A DNA stretch of 63,956 nucleotides, filler included, from Chrysochromulina tobinii (Eukaryota), in NCBI GenBank assembly GCA_001275005.1. It is 7 parts of 7 records of this genome, joined end to end, with 100 filler letters (N's around TTAATTAATTAA, not from the genome) between each part and the next. Parts side by side here need not be neighbours in the genome. Positions count along the whole stretch, not along the records: positions 35,436 to 60,361 come from JWZX01000539.1; 6 more parts are not named here. The stretch is one strand, 5' to 3'. The notes under the pieces were generated by a model. It saw only the letters and a program-made list of their open reading frames with translations. It ran no database searches and was not told the origin of the DNA. Below are positions 50,268 through 60,461 of the stretch, in pieces. The translations under genes and the position numbers were made by a program. Numbering within the stretch: the first letter of the stretch is position 1; the number at the start of each line of letters is the position of its first letter.

Positions 50268-51395
50268 ATGTCCACACCTCTCATCAAATTTCCCGCTTTT
50301 TCTCCACGACCCCTCCGTCTTCGCCTTCGCCTCCGGCCTCCGATGACGGTCCGCACGCGGACCGTCATGTACAGTCTTCGCAGCCTCGACCAGCTTTCCA
50401 ACGACGAGCTCGTGCGCGTGCTCTTTCACCTCAAGATTGGCGACCTCTGCCGGTTTGCTCAGGTCAGCAAGCACTGTTCGGAAATCGCAAGCGCGAATGA
50501 ATTGTGGGCGGCGCGCGCGCGCAACATTTGCATAAGCTACTCTCTCGATTGGCACCATTTCGAAGGCAACTTTCTGGACGGAGTGAAGCATGATGGAGGA
50601 AATCTGCCCATATACAGTGGACCGCCGCTCCGCATGCCATATCTCACCGTGGAGAACGACGCAACCAAACTTGGCGATGAGGGTTTGCTGTACCGCTGCT
50701 ACCCCTCCTCCCAGCAGGGCCGCGCAAGGAAAGACCGCACCGACCATGTGTGGATTACGTCCAAGTTTTCCGTGACCTGCTGCGGTGCACACTTTGCCTC
50801 TCGCTCGGTGTTCGAAGAGCACCTAGAGGATATACGCCACTACGAGCGCATGCAGGATGCTCGTGGGCGGAGCCCGTCGTTCGACATCAGCATCGACCCG
50901 CGTATCCTCTATGGGAAGGATGGCTTCAAGTCGATGACGATGCGTGAGCAGTACCGAGAGATGCGCAGCTACGTCGACGCGATGCTGCCCGAGATTGAGG
51001 CGCGGTGTGACCCATCGAGGTGGAGCGAGGATGAGCTGACGAACCTGCGAAGGCTCTCGAATGAAGGTCTTTCCTTCATGGACGAAATCGTTGCCGTACA
51101 CGATGACGAGGACGATTACTTCCAGAGCCTTGTCGAGACGTGCCGCGAAAACCTCATGCCTCTGGCCATCGGCGAGCACATCTGTGACAATGTTCTCCAG
51201 ACGTTTAAGCATTCGGGCGTGTACAGCTGGGCTGTTCCCTACTTGACGGTGCGAGACTTCCTCACAGACGGCCTGGCCCTGTGCGATCCCCACGGTGGAT
51301 CGGCCTCGGGTGAGCAGTGGTTTAGCGGGATCAGCGAGCTCTTCGAATTGCACTACAATGGCGCGTTCAATGACGAGGACGGTTCCGAGGACTGA
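50268..51395 (+). CDS. F-box protein with a possible Zn-binding motif
   Basis: LDQLSNDELVRVLFHLKIGDLCRFAQVSKHCSEIASANELW; CCGAHF...EEHL...H. Start may be 50343 or 50367. Confidence 0.8.
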   Translation: MSTPLIKFPAFSPRPLRLRLRLRPPMTVRTRTVMYSLRSLDQLSNDELVRVLFHLKIGDLCRFAQVSKHCSEIASANELWAARARNICISYSLDWHHFEGNFLDGVKHDGGNLPIYSGPPLRMPYLTVENDATKLGDEGLLYRCYPSSQQGRARKDRTDHVWITSKFSVTCCGAHFASRSVFEEHLEDIRHYERMQDARGRSPSFDISIDPRILYGKDGFKSMTMREQYREMRSYVDAMLPEIEARCDPSRWSEDELTNLRRLSNEGLSFMDEIVAVHDDEDDYFQSLVETCRENLMPLAIGEHICDNVLQTFKHSGVYSWAVPYLTVRDFLTDGLALCDPHGGSASGEQWFSGISELFELHYNGAFNDEDGSED

Positions 51396-51544
51396 TGACG
51401 ACCCTCACGTGTCGTCCCTCTCTTGATACGGTACTTGGTGTTTTGGAAGAAGCATGTTCAAAAGTTTCATTTGAATGTGTGTGAACGTGAACGTTGTTTC
51501 GCGCCCCTCGGCGCCCTGATTCAAGAGGCCGAAGGCGCTCAGGC

Positions 51545-54500
51545 ATGTCTTCACCTTCGCGCTCTCCGTCGCGCAAGAGCCCGAGGCTGCTCGCCCGGCA
51601 GGAGGCGGCGCAGCAGGCAGCCAGGTGCATCGCCTCTGCCGTGCGCAGCCGTGTGTGGTGCGAGGCGCGCACCCTCGACGAGCCACCTCGGTCCTACTAT
51701 TACAACTTGCAGTCTGGCGAAACGGCGTGGACGCTGCCAGAGGGCGCGATCCTGCGTTCCGCCGGGCGCGATTCGCTCATCCCACGCCCGGGCGACCCCA
51801 TCAGCAGGCAAAGCTCCTTTGCCCGCTCAAGCTCTATGGCCAGGCAAAGCTCCTCCAAGACTCGCTCCTCAGTGGCCTCCGTGACTGAGGAGGCGACCGG
51901 CGACAACGGAGCCGCAAATACCGTCTCGCCAACAGAGGACGCCGTGGTCGCTGCCGTGGGCGCTGATGCCGTCGAGGGCGGTCCTCCGCTCGAGCTGCAC
52001 GAGGTGCTGCAGCTCCTCTTCTCATGGCTACAGGATACTCGCGCCCTCTATTCGGAGAGCCGTGCAGACCTTGAGCAGCTGCGCACGGCACACGCCGACG
52101 ACGTACGAAGCGCGCAAGGGGCCATCGCACAGCTCGCGCGCAAACACGCGTCCTACACGAAGTGCCTCAAGGAGGAGCTCGCTCTCGTGCGCAAGGAGGC
52201 GGCCACAGCCAAGGAGGCCGCGGCCGCGTCCATGGCGGCCGGATCGCCCAGGCGGCGCGCGAGCTTCGACGAGATGAATGCGAGCTCGTGGGCGGCGGAG
52301 GTGGAGCGGTTACGCGATGGGCTGCGCAAGGCAGAGGCTCAGCTCGTCCATGAGCGCGAGGCTCGCGAGCTGCTGCTGCAGGAACAGGCGGAGGCCGATC
52401 GCCTCCGCGCCGAGGCGGCCGCTGCGCGCGAGCAGGCTGAGGCGGCCGAGGCGGACGCGGGCGCAGAGAGGGGGAACGAGGCGCTGCACGAGGAGCTCGC
52501 ACAGCTGCGGGAGCAGCTTTCTGCCAGCATCTCCGCCGCATCCGAGGCGGCTGAGGCGCGCCAAGTCGCCGAGACTGACGCTCAGGCTGCGAGGCACGAG
52601 GCCGCTGCAGCGCGGACTCAAGCGCTGATGGCAGAGGCGGCGGCCAAGGTCGCGGAGGCTGCCGCCAGGGAAGCAGAGGTATCCGCCAGAGCTGAGGCGG
52701 CGGCCTCGTTCGAGGAGGCGCACGCGAGCGCGTTGGCGGCCGTATCCAAGTGCCAGGCAGACACGGAGCGGGCATCGGGCGGTCTCATCCGTAGCGAATG
52801 GCGCTTCAAGGGGGAGCGTGCGAAGGTGCGACTCGCCGAGGCGAAGGCGATGGAGCTTTGGGTGCCCTCGGACCGCGCGCATGCAATTGCTCACCACGGC
52901 GCCCTCTCTCCCCACAGGTGCGACTCGCCGAGGCGAAGGCGAGCGAGGCGGCGGCGCGCGCAGGCGCGGTGAGCAATGCGCTCGAGCACCTGCGCCTCAA
53001 GCATGCCAAGACGCGTCGAGGAGCTCGACGAGTACAAGGGTAGCGTGCGTGTCCTATGCAGACTCCGCCCCCTCAAGCCCGGCACCGAGGAGGCGCGCGG
53101 GCCGTCGGCGGTCGTCGCGCCGCCGCCGCCTGAGGGCGGTCCGAGCCGCTCGGTAGTAGTGCAAGCACCGAATGCGAGCCAGACAGTGGGAGGCAGCATC
53201 AAGACCTTCGAGTTTGACGGCGTCTTCGCGCCGGAGGCTTCTTCGGCGAGCGTCTTCGAGGAGCTGCAGCCGCTCACGCGCAAGGTCGCCGCCGGCGCAA
53301 CCGCCGCCATCCTCGCCTACGGCCAGACCGGTAGCGGCAAGACGTACACGGTGAGTGCCCTGCACAATCTCGCCCTGCGCGAGCTCTGGGCCGGCGAAGC
53401 CGCCAACGGGGGCTCCGCCGCCCTCGCTGTTAGCCTGGCAGAGGTGTACATGGATGAAGTGCGCGACCTCGGTCGCCCGGCCGACCCGATCCCCGCGGCC
53501 GGTACTAAATTCGCCTTCGGCAGCGCCGTGGCCAGCGCCGGTGTCACTCCGCGCTCGTCGGAGGTGGATGCAAGTACGCTGACGTGGACCACCGTGACGA
53601 GCGCCGAGGCGGCATGCGCCCTCGTGTCGAGCGCGCTCGAGAGGCGCGTGACCGCCGATAACGGGCTCAACTCGGTCTCGAGCCGCTCGCACTTGATCAT
53701 CTTCTACGCGCTGCTCGGCCCGCGCGGTGAGCGCAAGGGGCAGCTGGCCCTCGTCGACCTCGCCGGTTCCGAGCGGCTCGGTCGTACCGAGGCAACGGGT
53801 GGTCTGCGCGACGAGGCCATCTCGATCAACCGATCGCTCACGGCACTCGGCGACGTGCTGCACGCGCTCGTGGGCAAGACGGAGCACGTTCCCTACCGGC
53901 ACTCGAAGCTGACCACGCTCCTCCAGCCGTGCCTCAAGCGCGGTGCGCGCGTCGCCCTCATCATCGCCGCGTCACCCTCCTCGGAAGATGCCCTCGAGAC
54001 TATTCAGACTCTCGGCTTCGGCGTGCGCGCGCGCAACGTGCACCTTGGCCCTATGGCGAGCACGTCGTCGGCGGCTGGCGGCGCTGCTGGGGGTGGGCTC
54101 CAAAAGGAGGTCGCACGTCTCCAAAAAGAGCTCGTCGAGGCCAAGGCGCAGGCAGCTGCTCATGAGCGGAGCCTGGCGAGCTTCAAGCAGCAGGCGAGCT
54201 CGACGGACGAGGCGGCCAAGGGTAAGAGTGAGGCGATCAAACGTGCGGAGGCCAAGGCAAAGGAGGCGGAGCACGCTCTCAAGCGCAGCGAGGCCGCCGC
54301 GCACGCGGAGCGCTCGCGCCTTCTCAAGGAGATGGAGGAGCTCCAGCGAAAGCTTGACGTCGCCACGAGCCGCGCGCGCCGTCCTGAGCGTCCTGAGCGT
54401 CCTGAGCCTTCCGCCCCGGCCGCTCTGCCGCAAGCCCTCTCCGCGCCCACCACGGCTCGGCAGCCGCGGCTGGCGCCGGCCGAGGCGAAGAAGGAGGCTC

Positions 54501-56056
54501 GCGCTCCGGCCGTCGAGGCTCCCAAGCCAAAGCAGCCGTCCAAGGCGGTCGTGGCGGCTACCAAGGCTGGTGCAGCGCCGACTAAGGCGGCAACGGCCGT
54601 CGCCACGGGCGGGGCACCGGCCGACGCGGCGGCGGCAGCCGAGGTGGCAGCAAGCGAGTCAGCAGCGGCTGAAGAAGTCGCAGCCGAGGCATTCGCGGCG
54701 CTTCCGACGTGCCACGTGGCAGTGGACGAGGGCTCACCGCGCCGCCAAATCTCATGTGCGGCGGCGGCGGTGTGCATGGGCTACGCATGCTCGTGTGGAG
54801 TCTACGACGAGGTCTCGCCAGCCGTTGGGGGGGAGACAGAAGCACCACCGGCGTCCCTTACGACAGAGTCCCTGCCATACGACCCCGCGGACATGGAGGC
54901 AGCGGCTCTCATGTCCTTCGTGGGGCACGAGGCCGCTGCGGTGCTCGAGGCCGCTGCGGCCGCGGCTCGCGCGGAGGTGATGCAGGAGGAGAGCCAGCCT
55001 TCGTCATCGCCTCGTGGCACGCTGCGCGGTACCGACAATTGGCCGCAGCAAGTGCTGAAGCGCTTATCGGCCGTGCAGGATAGCGTCGTGCCGCCGGGCG
55101 CGCCTCTCTCTCCTCGGCGCGCGTCCCTGCTCAACATGCCCCCCTCGCAGGCCGGTGCGAAGCCAGCGACCGTTGAGGTCGACGGCGTGAGCGACGGCTG
55201 GGCGGTGCCAAGCCGCAGGGAGTCTGGCGGCTCAAGCAGCGTGATCAGCGGGCTAAGTGCGACGAATGAGTCGACCATCTTCGCCCACCGGCTCGACTCC
55301 GCTCGAGAGGCTTTCAACGGCACGCCCGACATGGCGCTCGACGCATGGCTTGAACCTTCGGAACGCTCGGAGATGCTCGATACGTCTAACGAGACGTCGC
55401 TGCGCCTGAGCACATCGCCGCTGGTCGCGCATCTGAACGAGCTGCTGGCCGAGGGCAAGGCCGAGCAGGTCGCCCCATCGCTCGATGATCGACTCGCGGC
55501 AACCGACTCAATGGAGGATATGGTCCGGGAGATGCTCGCGAGCGCGCGCGCCACCTCCAAGGACACCTCGTTTCTCGAGGACCGTCCCTACGGCAAAGAG
55601 GTGGCCGACTCGGGCGCAGCAGACGAGACTCATGAGCAGCACCTCGCCGTGACCTTCGCGCTGCTACCGCATGAGGCCGCTCTCGCATCGCCTGCAAGTG
55701 CCCCGCGCACGACTCCCCGTCACGGCGGCTCGCGGCCGACTGTTGCCAAGACGCCCGGCTCGCAGCATTCGCACAGCGCCGCGCGCACCCCGGCGAGTGC
55801 CTCTGCGAAGACGCCCCTCGCCCCCCTCGTCCCGCGGCTCGGCCTGACGCCAGGCTCCGCAAAGCCGCAGCGGAGGCCGCTGCAGAGCACCCCGAGCTCG
55901 GGCGCTCCGCTCACATGCCCCTCGCGTGTGCTTGTTCGAGCTCAGACGGCAGAGGAGCCGCTTAGCGCGCGCACGCCCACTGAACAGCGCACGCTCGCTC
56001 AGACCGCGCGCACTCCGAAGGCCGTTTGGGCTCCACCAGAGAAGGGCTGGCGCTAA
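51545..56056 (+). CDS. Kinesin (kinesin-14-like neck) with N-terminal WW domain and coiled coils; intron 52826-52917; apparent +1 frameshift near 53016
   Basis: WW: WCEA...YYYNLQSGETAWTLP. Motor: KGSVRVLCRLRP, GQTGSGKT, SSRSH, DLAGSER, HVPYRHSKLT. Confidence 0.88.
52826..52917 (+). other. Intron (92 nt, phase 0) whose first 25 nt duplicate the start of the downstream exon
   Basis: AG|GTGCGACTCGCCGAGGCGAAGGCGA at 52824-52850 and 52916-52942; acceptor CCCTCTCTCCCCACAG. Confidence 0.85.
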
Positions 56057-56942
56057 GAGCTCTCACTGGAGGGGGCGCTCGGGATGGCGCCGGGGGAAAG
56101 GGGGGGGCGGCCGTGGAGGGGCTCCCGAGTGAGGGAGCACTGATGTTTGGGGAGGGGCACGGCAAGTTGCGGGGCAGAGGATGCACAGGCGAGTGCCATA
56201 GATGGTGATGATTGCTCGATGGATGGCGACGCTAAACGGCTGATGGGCATGTGAACGGGATGCGGGGATGCCACACCATCAATCTGTGTCGGTGGCTCTT
56301 ATCCGGAAGAAAGAATATGGTTGGAATGCAACATTCCGGGATCCGAGTCGGAGCAGACGAGACCCCAGGCGCGAAGACGAGAGTGGAAAGAACAGCTAAT
56401 TCTCTGATCTCTCCGTCGTGAGTCGCGTCGGGCCGACGTGTGAATGGGATTGGGTTGGCATCGCATGTAACGAATATCGCGTCCTATCGTGTCGTATTTC
56501 GTTTCGACTGAGATGTTCGGACAGAGAATGTGAAAGAGAGATCGGATATTCACTAGTTTCAAATCGAATGTCGAGTCTCTTCTTCGCGCAGGTGGGTGCT
56601 AGACCTGACCTTACACCTTAGAACCGCTCATATTCCTCATACATAAGCTGGATGTTACATCGACCCGACGTCTGGCGCGTGGCGCCTCGTCGATCGCGGG
56701 GCCTCGCGCGTCGCGGCGCCGTCTGGCGTCTGTCAGTGCGCGTTGCGCCTCGTCTCATGCGGTCATTGCGCCAGTCATGCTCATGGGGTGAGTAACTCAG
56801 TGACTCTTTGTAAATGTATTTGTGGGCGATACGAGAGCGGAGGGGGGCGCCTTGCACCTCTGGCGGCGCATATCGAGTGTGCAATGTCTCAACATCGGAC
56901 GACCTGCTGCTGCCACAGGTTCATCCTCCATCGAGCCAGCGG

Positions 56943-58934
56943 TCAACTCTTGTCCTCCGCGGCGCACTCCATGATGGCGAGGTTGTGCTTCAGATTCGTC
57001 ATGAGAGGGCCGATGTCGAGGATGTCGGAGAGCGCCGTGTAGAACGGCATCAAGACGAAGGTGATGAAGCCCACCTGGCAGCGTGGTACATTGGGCGTAT
57101 CGCGGTCGAAGAACTTGCTCACGGGCAGACTGGCAGCCTTCTCAGCGTCACCCTGATTGTAAAACTCCTCCATCACCTTGTCGGTCCACAGCCGATACAC
57201 GGGCTCCGGCCTGCACGGATTGGAAATGTCGGCCGCGTGCAGTACAATCTCGAGCACAAACGTCTTGTCCTCTTTATTCGACAGGTCGAAGCTCCCAGCT
57301 TCGATGGTCGCTTTCAACCTGTCGACATTCTTAAAGTGCACCCCCATGTCAGTGCCCAGGATCATGGCGACGATCATATCGCGTACCTCGCGCCGCTGCG
57401 CTTTGCCGAGCGACGCGAAGAGATCGCATGCGGGGTCCTTGAGCACTTGGAACAGTCGCGCACAGTGATGATTCTCGAGCACCGACTTGTCATTGTAGAA
57501 GATCGCCAGCTCGCTCGAGCTTGACACGTGGAACGCATTATTCTGGCCCGTATGCCCGGCGTCGTGCGCAAGGGCGGCGACAAGCACCGCGAGCAGATCC
57601 TCTGGCTCCAAAAGTGAGCGCAACTTCCGATGCTGGCTGCTTCCCCCGCCGCCCGCGCCGCCCATACCCGCGCCCCCCCCCTTGCTGTTTCGTACGGTCC
57701 ACTTCCACAAACTCTCGGCGACCCCGTCGGGGAGCACCGCGCCAGGATGCGTGGCGGCCCGAACCAACTTGCGATACTCTGGTGGCTCAGGCGCGTCGCT
57801 CGCGTTCAAGATCCACCACGTCGCCTGAAGGACGTCCGCGGCGTGTGAGCGGTTGTGGTATGGGTTGTCTGCGTAGCTGTCCTCTAGGCGCTGTAGAAAG
57901 GCGAGCAGCTTGGCGTCGCTAATGCCAAAGTGTTTCTGGATCCCCTCGTGCTTGAGTAAGTGATAGCCGGCAAAGACGAGCGCGTGGTCGTTGGTAACGC
58001 GTTTCAGGCTAAACGCGTCAAAGTTCCACGCGCCCTCGCCACGCGCGATGGCGCCGTCCAGCAGGCACCTAGCCTCCTTCACTAGCGGAGGCTCGAGGGG
58101 CATCGCGAGTCCGTGGGTTGGTCCGAAGGGGGGTTCGATTGACCTAGCGGCGTGCCCGAGGGGGGACACGTGGCTGCTCTTGCTCCCCTCGCTGTGCTCA
58201 CCGACGCTCTGTAGTGCGCCCTCCCCCGCCGAACGCTCAGCGTTGCCATAAATAGCTGTGATGAAGTCGTGAACGTCGCCGGAGGCGGTAGATGAAGACT
58301 CGGAGGAGTGTCGACGTTGTTTGGAACGTGTCATCTCGTGCAGCGCTGCATTCTCTTCCCAATTGAGTGAGCGCGGGTCCTTGACCACTTGACGAATTCT
58401 GGCCTGCGTGAACTGGAGCGGCTCGCGAACGAACTCATGCGTGGTCCCTAGCCGGCGAGAACCCTTGCCCACAGATTCCTGCTTCTGGGGGTCGATTGGG
58501 CGGCCGTCCGCGTCGACGAGCTGAATGAGCAGGCGCGGCGTGGACGGGGTGCCCCTGGTGAGCTGGTGGTCCGAGCGCAGGCATGAGAGCACGTCGAGCG
58601 CTTGCATGATCGGCGTCTGGGTCATCTGCACTGAGATGAGCACGGGCGGCTGGTTGGCGAGGCGCGAGGCCATCTGGTCCGGATCGATCGTGCGCAGCTG
58701 CTGCCGCGCCAGATAGAACTGCATGCCGGCGGCCAGCGTGACCAGCAGAGCAAGCGTGGTCGACAAAACGGGGGGTGTGTCCGGCACGGCAACGGCTGCC
58801 CACCCGAGCAGGGCGGCTGGTAGGAGAAGGACGCCAGTGCACGCTAGCTGCATCACACTCTGCGCGCGCACAGTATCCACGAGCTCGTCATACAGCGACC
58901 GGCCGGCTGGCTGCCCAACGGCCTGCTCCGCCAT
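56943..58934 (-). CDS. Class I 3',5'-cyclic nucleotide phosphodiesterase with two N-terminal TM helices
   Basis: YHNRSHAADV, AHDAGHTGQNN, LENHH, ILGTDM, HAADISNP, EEFYNQGD, QVGFI; probable ATG 58934. Confidence 0.95.
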   Translation of the reverse strand: MAEQAVGQPAGRSLYDELVDTVRAQSVMQLACTGVLLLPAALLGWAAVAVPDTPPVLSTTLALLVTLAAGMQFYLARQQLRTIDPDQMASRLANQPPVLISVQMTQTPIMQALDVLSCLRSDHQLTRGTPSTPRLLIQLVDADGRPIDPQKQESVGKGSRRLGTTHEFVREPLQFTQARIRQVVKDPRSLNWEENAALHEMTRSKQRRHSSESSSTASGDVHDFITAIYGNAERSAGEGALQSVGEHSEGSKSSHVSPLGHAARSIEPPFGPTHGLAMPLEPPLVKEARCLLDGAIARGEGAWNFDAFSLKRVTNDHALVFAGYHLLKHEGIQKHFGISDAKLLAFLQRLEDSYADNPYHNRSHAADVLQATWWILNASDAPEPPEYRKLVRAATHPGAVLPDGVAESLWKWTVRNSKGGGAGMGGAGGGGSSQHRKLRSLLEPEDLLAVLVAALAHDAGHTGQNNAFHVSSSSELAIFYNDKSVLENHHCARLFQVLKDPACDLFASLGKAQRREVRDMIVAMILGTDMGVHFKNVDRLKATIEAGSFDLSNKEDKTFVLEIVLHAADISNPCRPEPVYRLWTDKVMEEFYNQGDAEKAASLPVSKFFDRDTPNVPRCQVGFITFVLMPFYTALSDILDIGPLMTNLKHNLAIMECAAEDKS

Positions 58935-59572
58935 GGAGTCAGCACTGGCTGCTGGAGATAATATGTGGTGGCTCCGAGCCCGCGCCGGCAAGTGAGAATC
59001 AGCTGTTCGCGGCACGATGACTGCCGGCAGCGACGAACGCCGGCGCATCAGAACAAAACACGAAGGTCTTCCATTGTCCACTCCCCGTTTTCCCCACAGG
59101 GGGGTGACCGCGCAGGCTGTGTGACGATGTTGCGGCCGTGCCTTGGGTCGTGCGCTCGTGGCCTTGTGCCGCACTGCCAGGAAGGCCGCCCTTGAAACCC
59201 CTTGATGTCGTTGTTGACATTGGAGGTGACGTTTCTCGTTTGGAGTGAGATATCACGAGGCTAATAAGCGCTGTGCTTTTACCGATTCTTGTCCATATGG
59301 ACACTTTTACGCCGAAATGACCTCAGGCCTCACTATTACCCCTACGGCTACGGGCGTACGGCCTACGGCTACGCCCCCACACCCTTGACCCTTCGGCCTT
59401 CGCTGAGGCCAGGCGCAAGACGCAATTGGGCAATTCGCAATTGCAATATCGCCCAACCCCGAATCGCCCGATGCAACGGTCGAAACAATCTCGAGGCCTC
59501 GAAAACCCAGCCCATCCTTTCTCATTGTGATTGGGGAAGCCGAGCGTGAGAGCCCCAGCATTGCTCACATGC

Positions 59573-60361
59573 TCACTCGGGCAGATACTGATACATTGCC
59601 TGACAGTGTAACTGAAATCCACTCCGGCCCTTCACTGCATCTCGCACTGCTTGTCTCCCTGCATCTCCCATATTGCTGTTGAAGCGCAAGTCCAAGCTGG
59701 TCAGGACTACGTTGATCTTCAGCGCCTCCGCGATCGCCTTGGCACCCTCGTCGCCGATCCCGTTCCAGCCCAACTGCAGGAAGGTCAGGACAGCGTTGAC
59801 CTTCAGCACCTCCGCGATCGCTTTGGCACCCTCTGGTCCGATATTGTTGCGGTACAGGTCCAGGGTGGTCAGGACTGCGTTGACCTTCAGGGACTCCGCG
59901 ATCGCCTTGGCACCCTCGTCCCCGATTTGGTTGTAGTAGAGGGACAGGGTGGTCACCACCGCGTTGACCTTCAGTGCCTCCGCGATCGCCTTGGCACCCT
60001 CCGCACCGATCTTGTTCTCGTTCAGGTGCAGGGTGGTCAAGACCGCGTTGTCGCTCAACTCCAGGTTGTATAGGACCGCATTGACCTTCAGCGCCTCTGC
60101 GTTAACCTTCAGCGCCTCCGCGATCGCCTTGGCACCCTCGTCGCCGATGTGGTTGAACGAGAGGCGCATCTCTGTCAATACCGACATAGCAGGAATGAGA
60201 TAGGCGACAAGCATGGCCGCAGGACAATTGAGCCCCCTATTGGACAAGTTGAGGAGCTCCGTGACGCTGTCCCCGCGCAGTTGCTGCACCGGAATGCCGC
60301 AAATGACTCCTGAGCCCGCACAGGCAACGGCTGCGATCGTCAGCCTCAACGGTGGCTCTCC
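59573..60361 (-). CDS. Ribonuclease-inhibitor-like (NLRC3-like) LRR protein, 5'-truncated
   Basis: 28-aa/84-bp repeats LTTLxLxxNxIGDEGAKAIAEALKVN, one unit internally rearranged. Confidence 0.9.
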   Translation of the reverse strand, partial: GEPPLRLTIAAVACAGSGVICGIPVQQLRGDSVTELLNLSNRGLNCPAAMLVAYLIPAMSVLTEMRLSFNHIGDEGAKAIAEALKVNAEALKVNAVLYNLELSDNAVLTTLHLNENKIGAEGAKAIAEALKVNAVVTTLSLYYNQIGDEGAKAIAESLKVNAVLTTLDLYRNNIGPEGAKAIAEVLKVNAVLTFLQLGWNGIGDEGAKAIAEALKINVVLTSLDLRFNSNMGDAGRQAVRDAVKGRSGFQLHCQAMYQYLPE

Positions 60362-60461
60362 NNNNNNNNNNNNNNNNNNNNNNNNNNNNNNNNNNNNNNN
60401 NNNNNTTAATTAATTAANNNNNNNNNNNNNNNNNNNNNNNNNNNNNNNNNNNNNNNNNNNN

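Noticed and set aside
35785..53020. Both inferred +1 frameshifts (Skp1-like, kinesin) fall near CGCGTCGA, suggesting programmed recoding
   Set aside because: The octamer is common in this GC-rich DNA and occurs in-frame without a shift (e.g. about 8652 in the channel and about 307 in the PKS); shift positions are only approximate and n=2.
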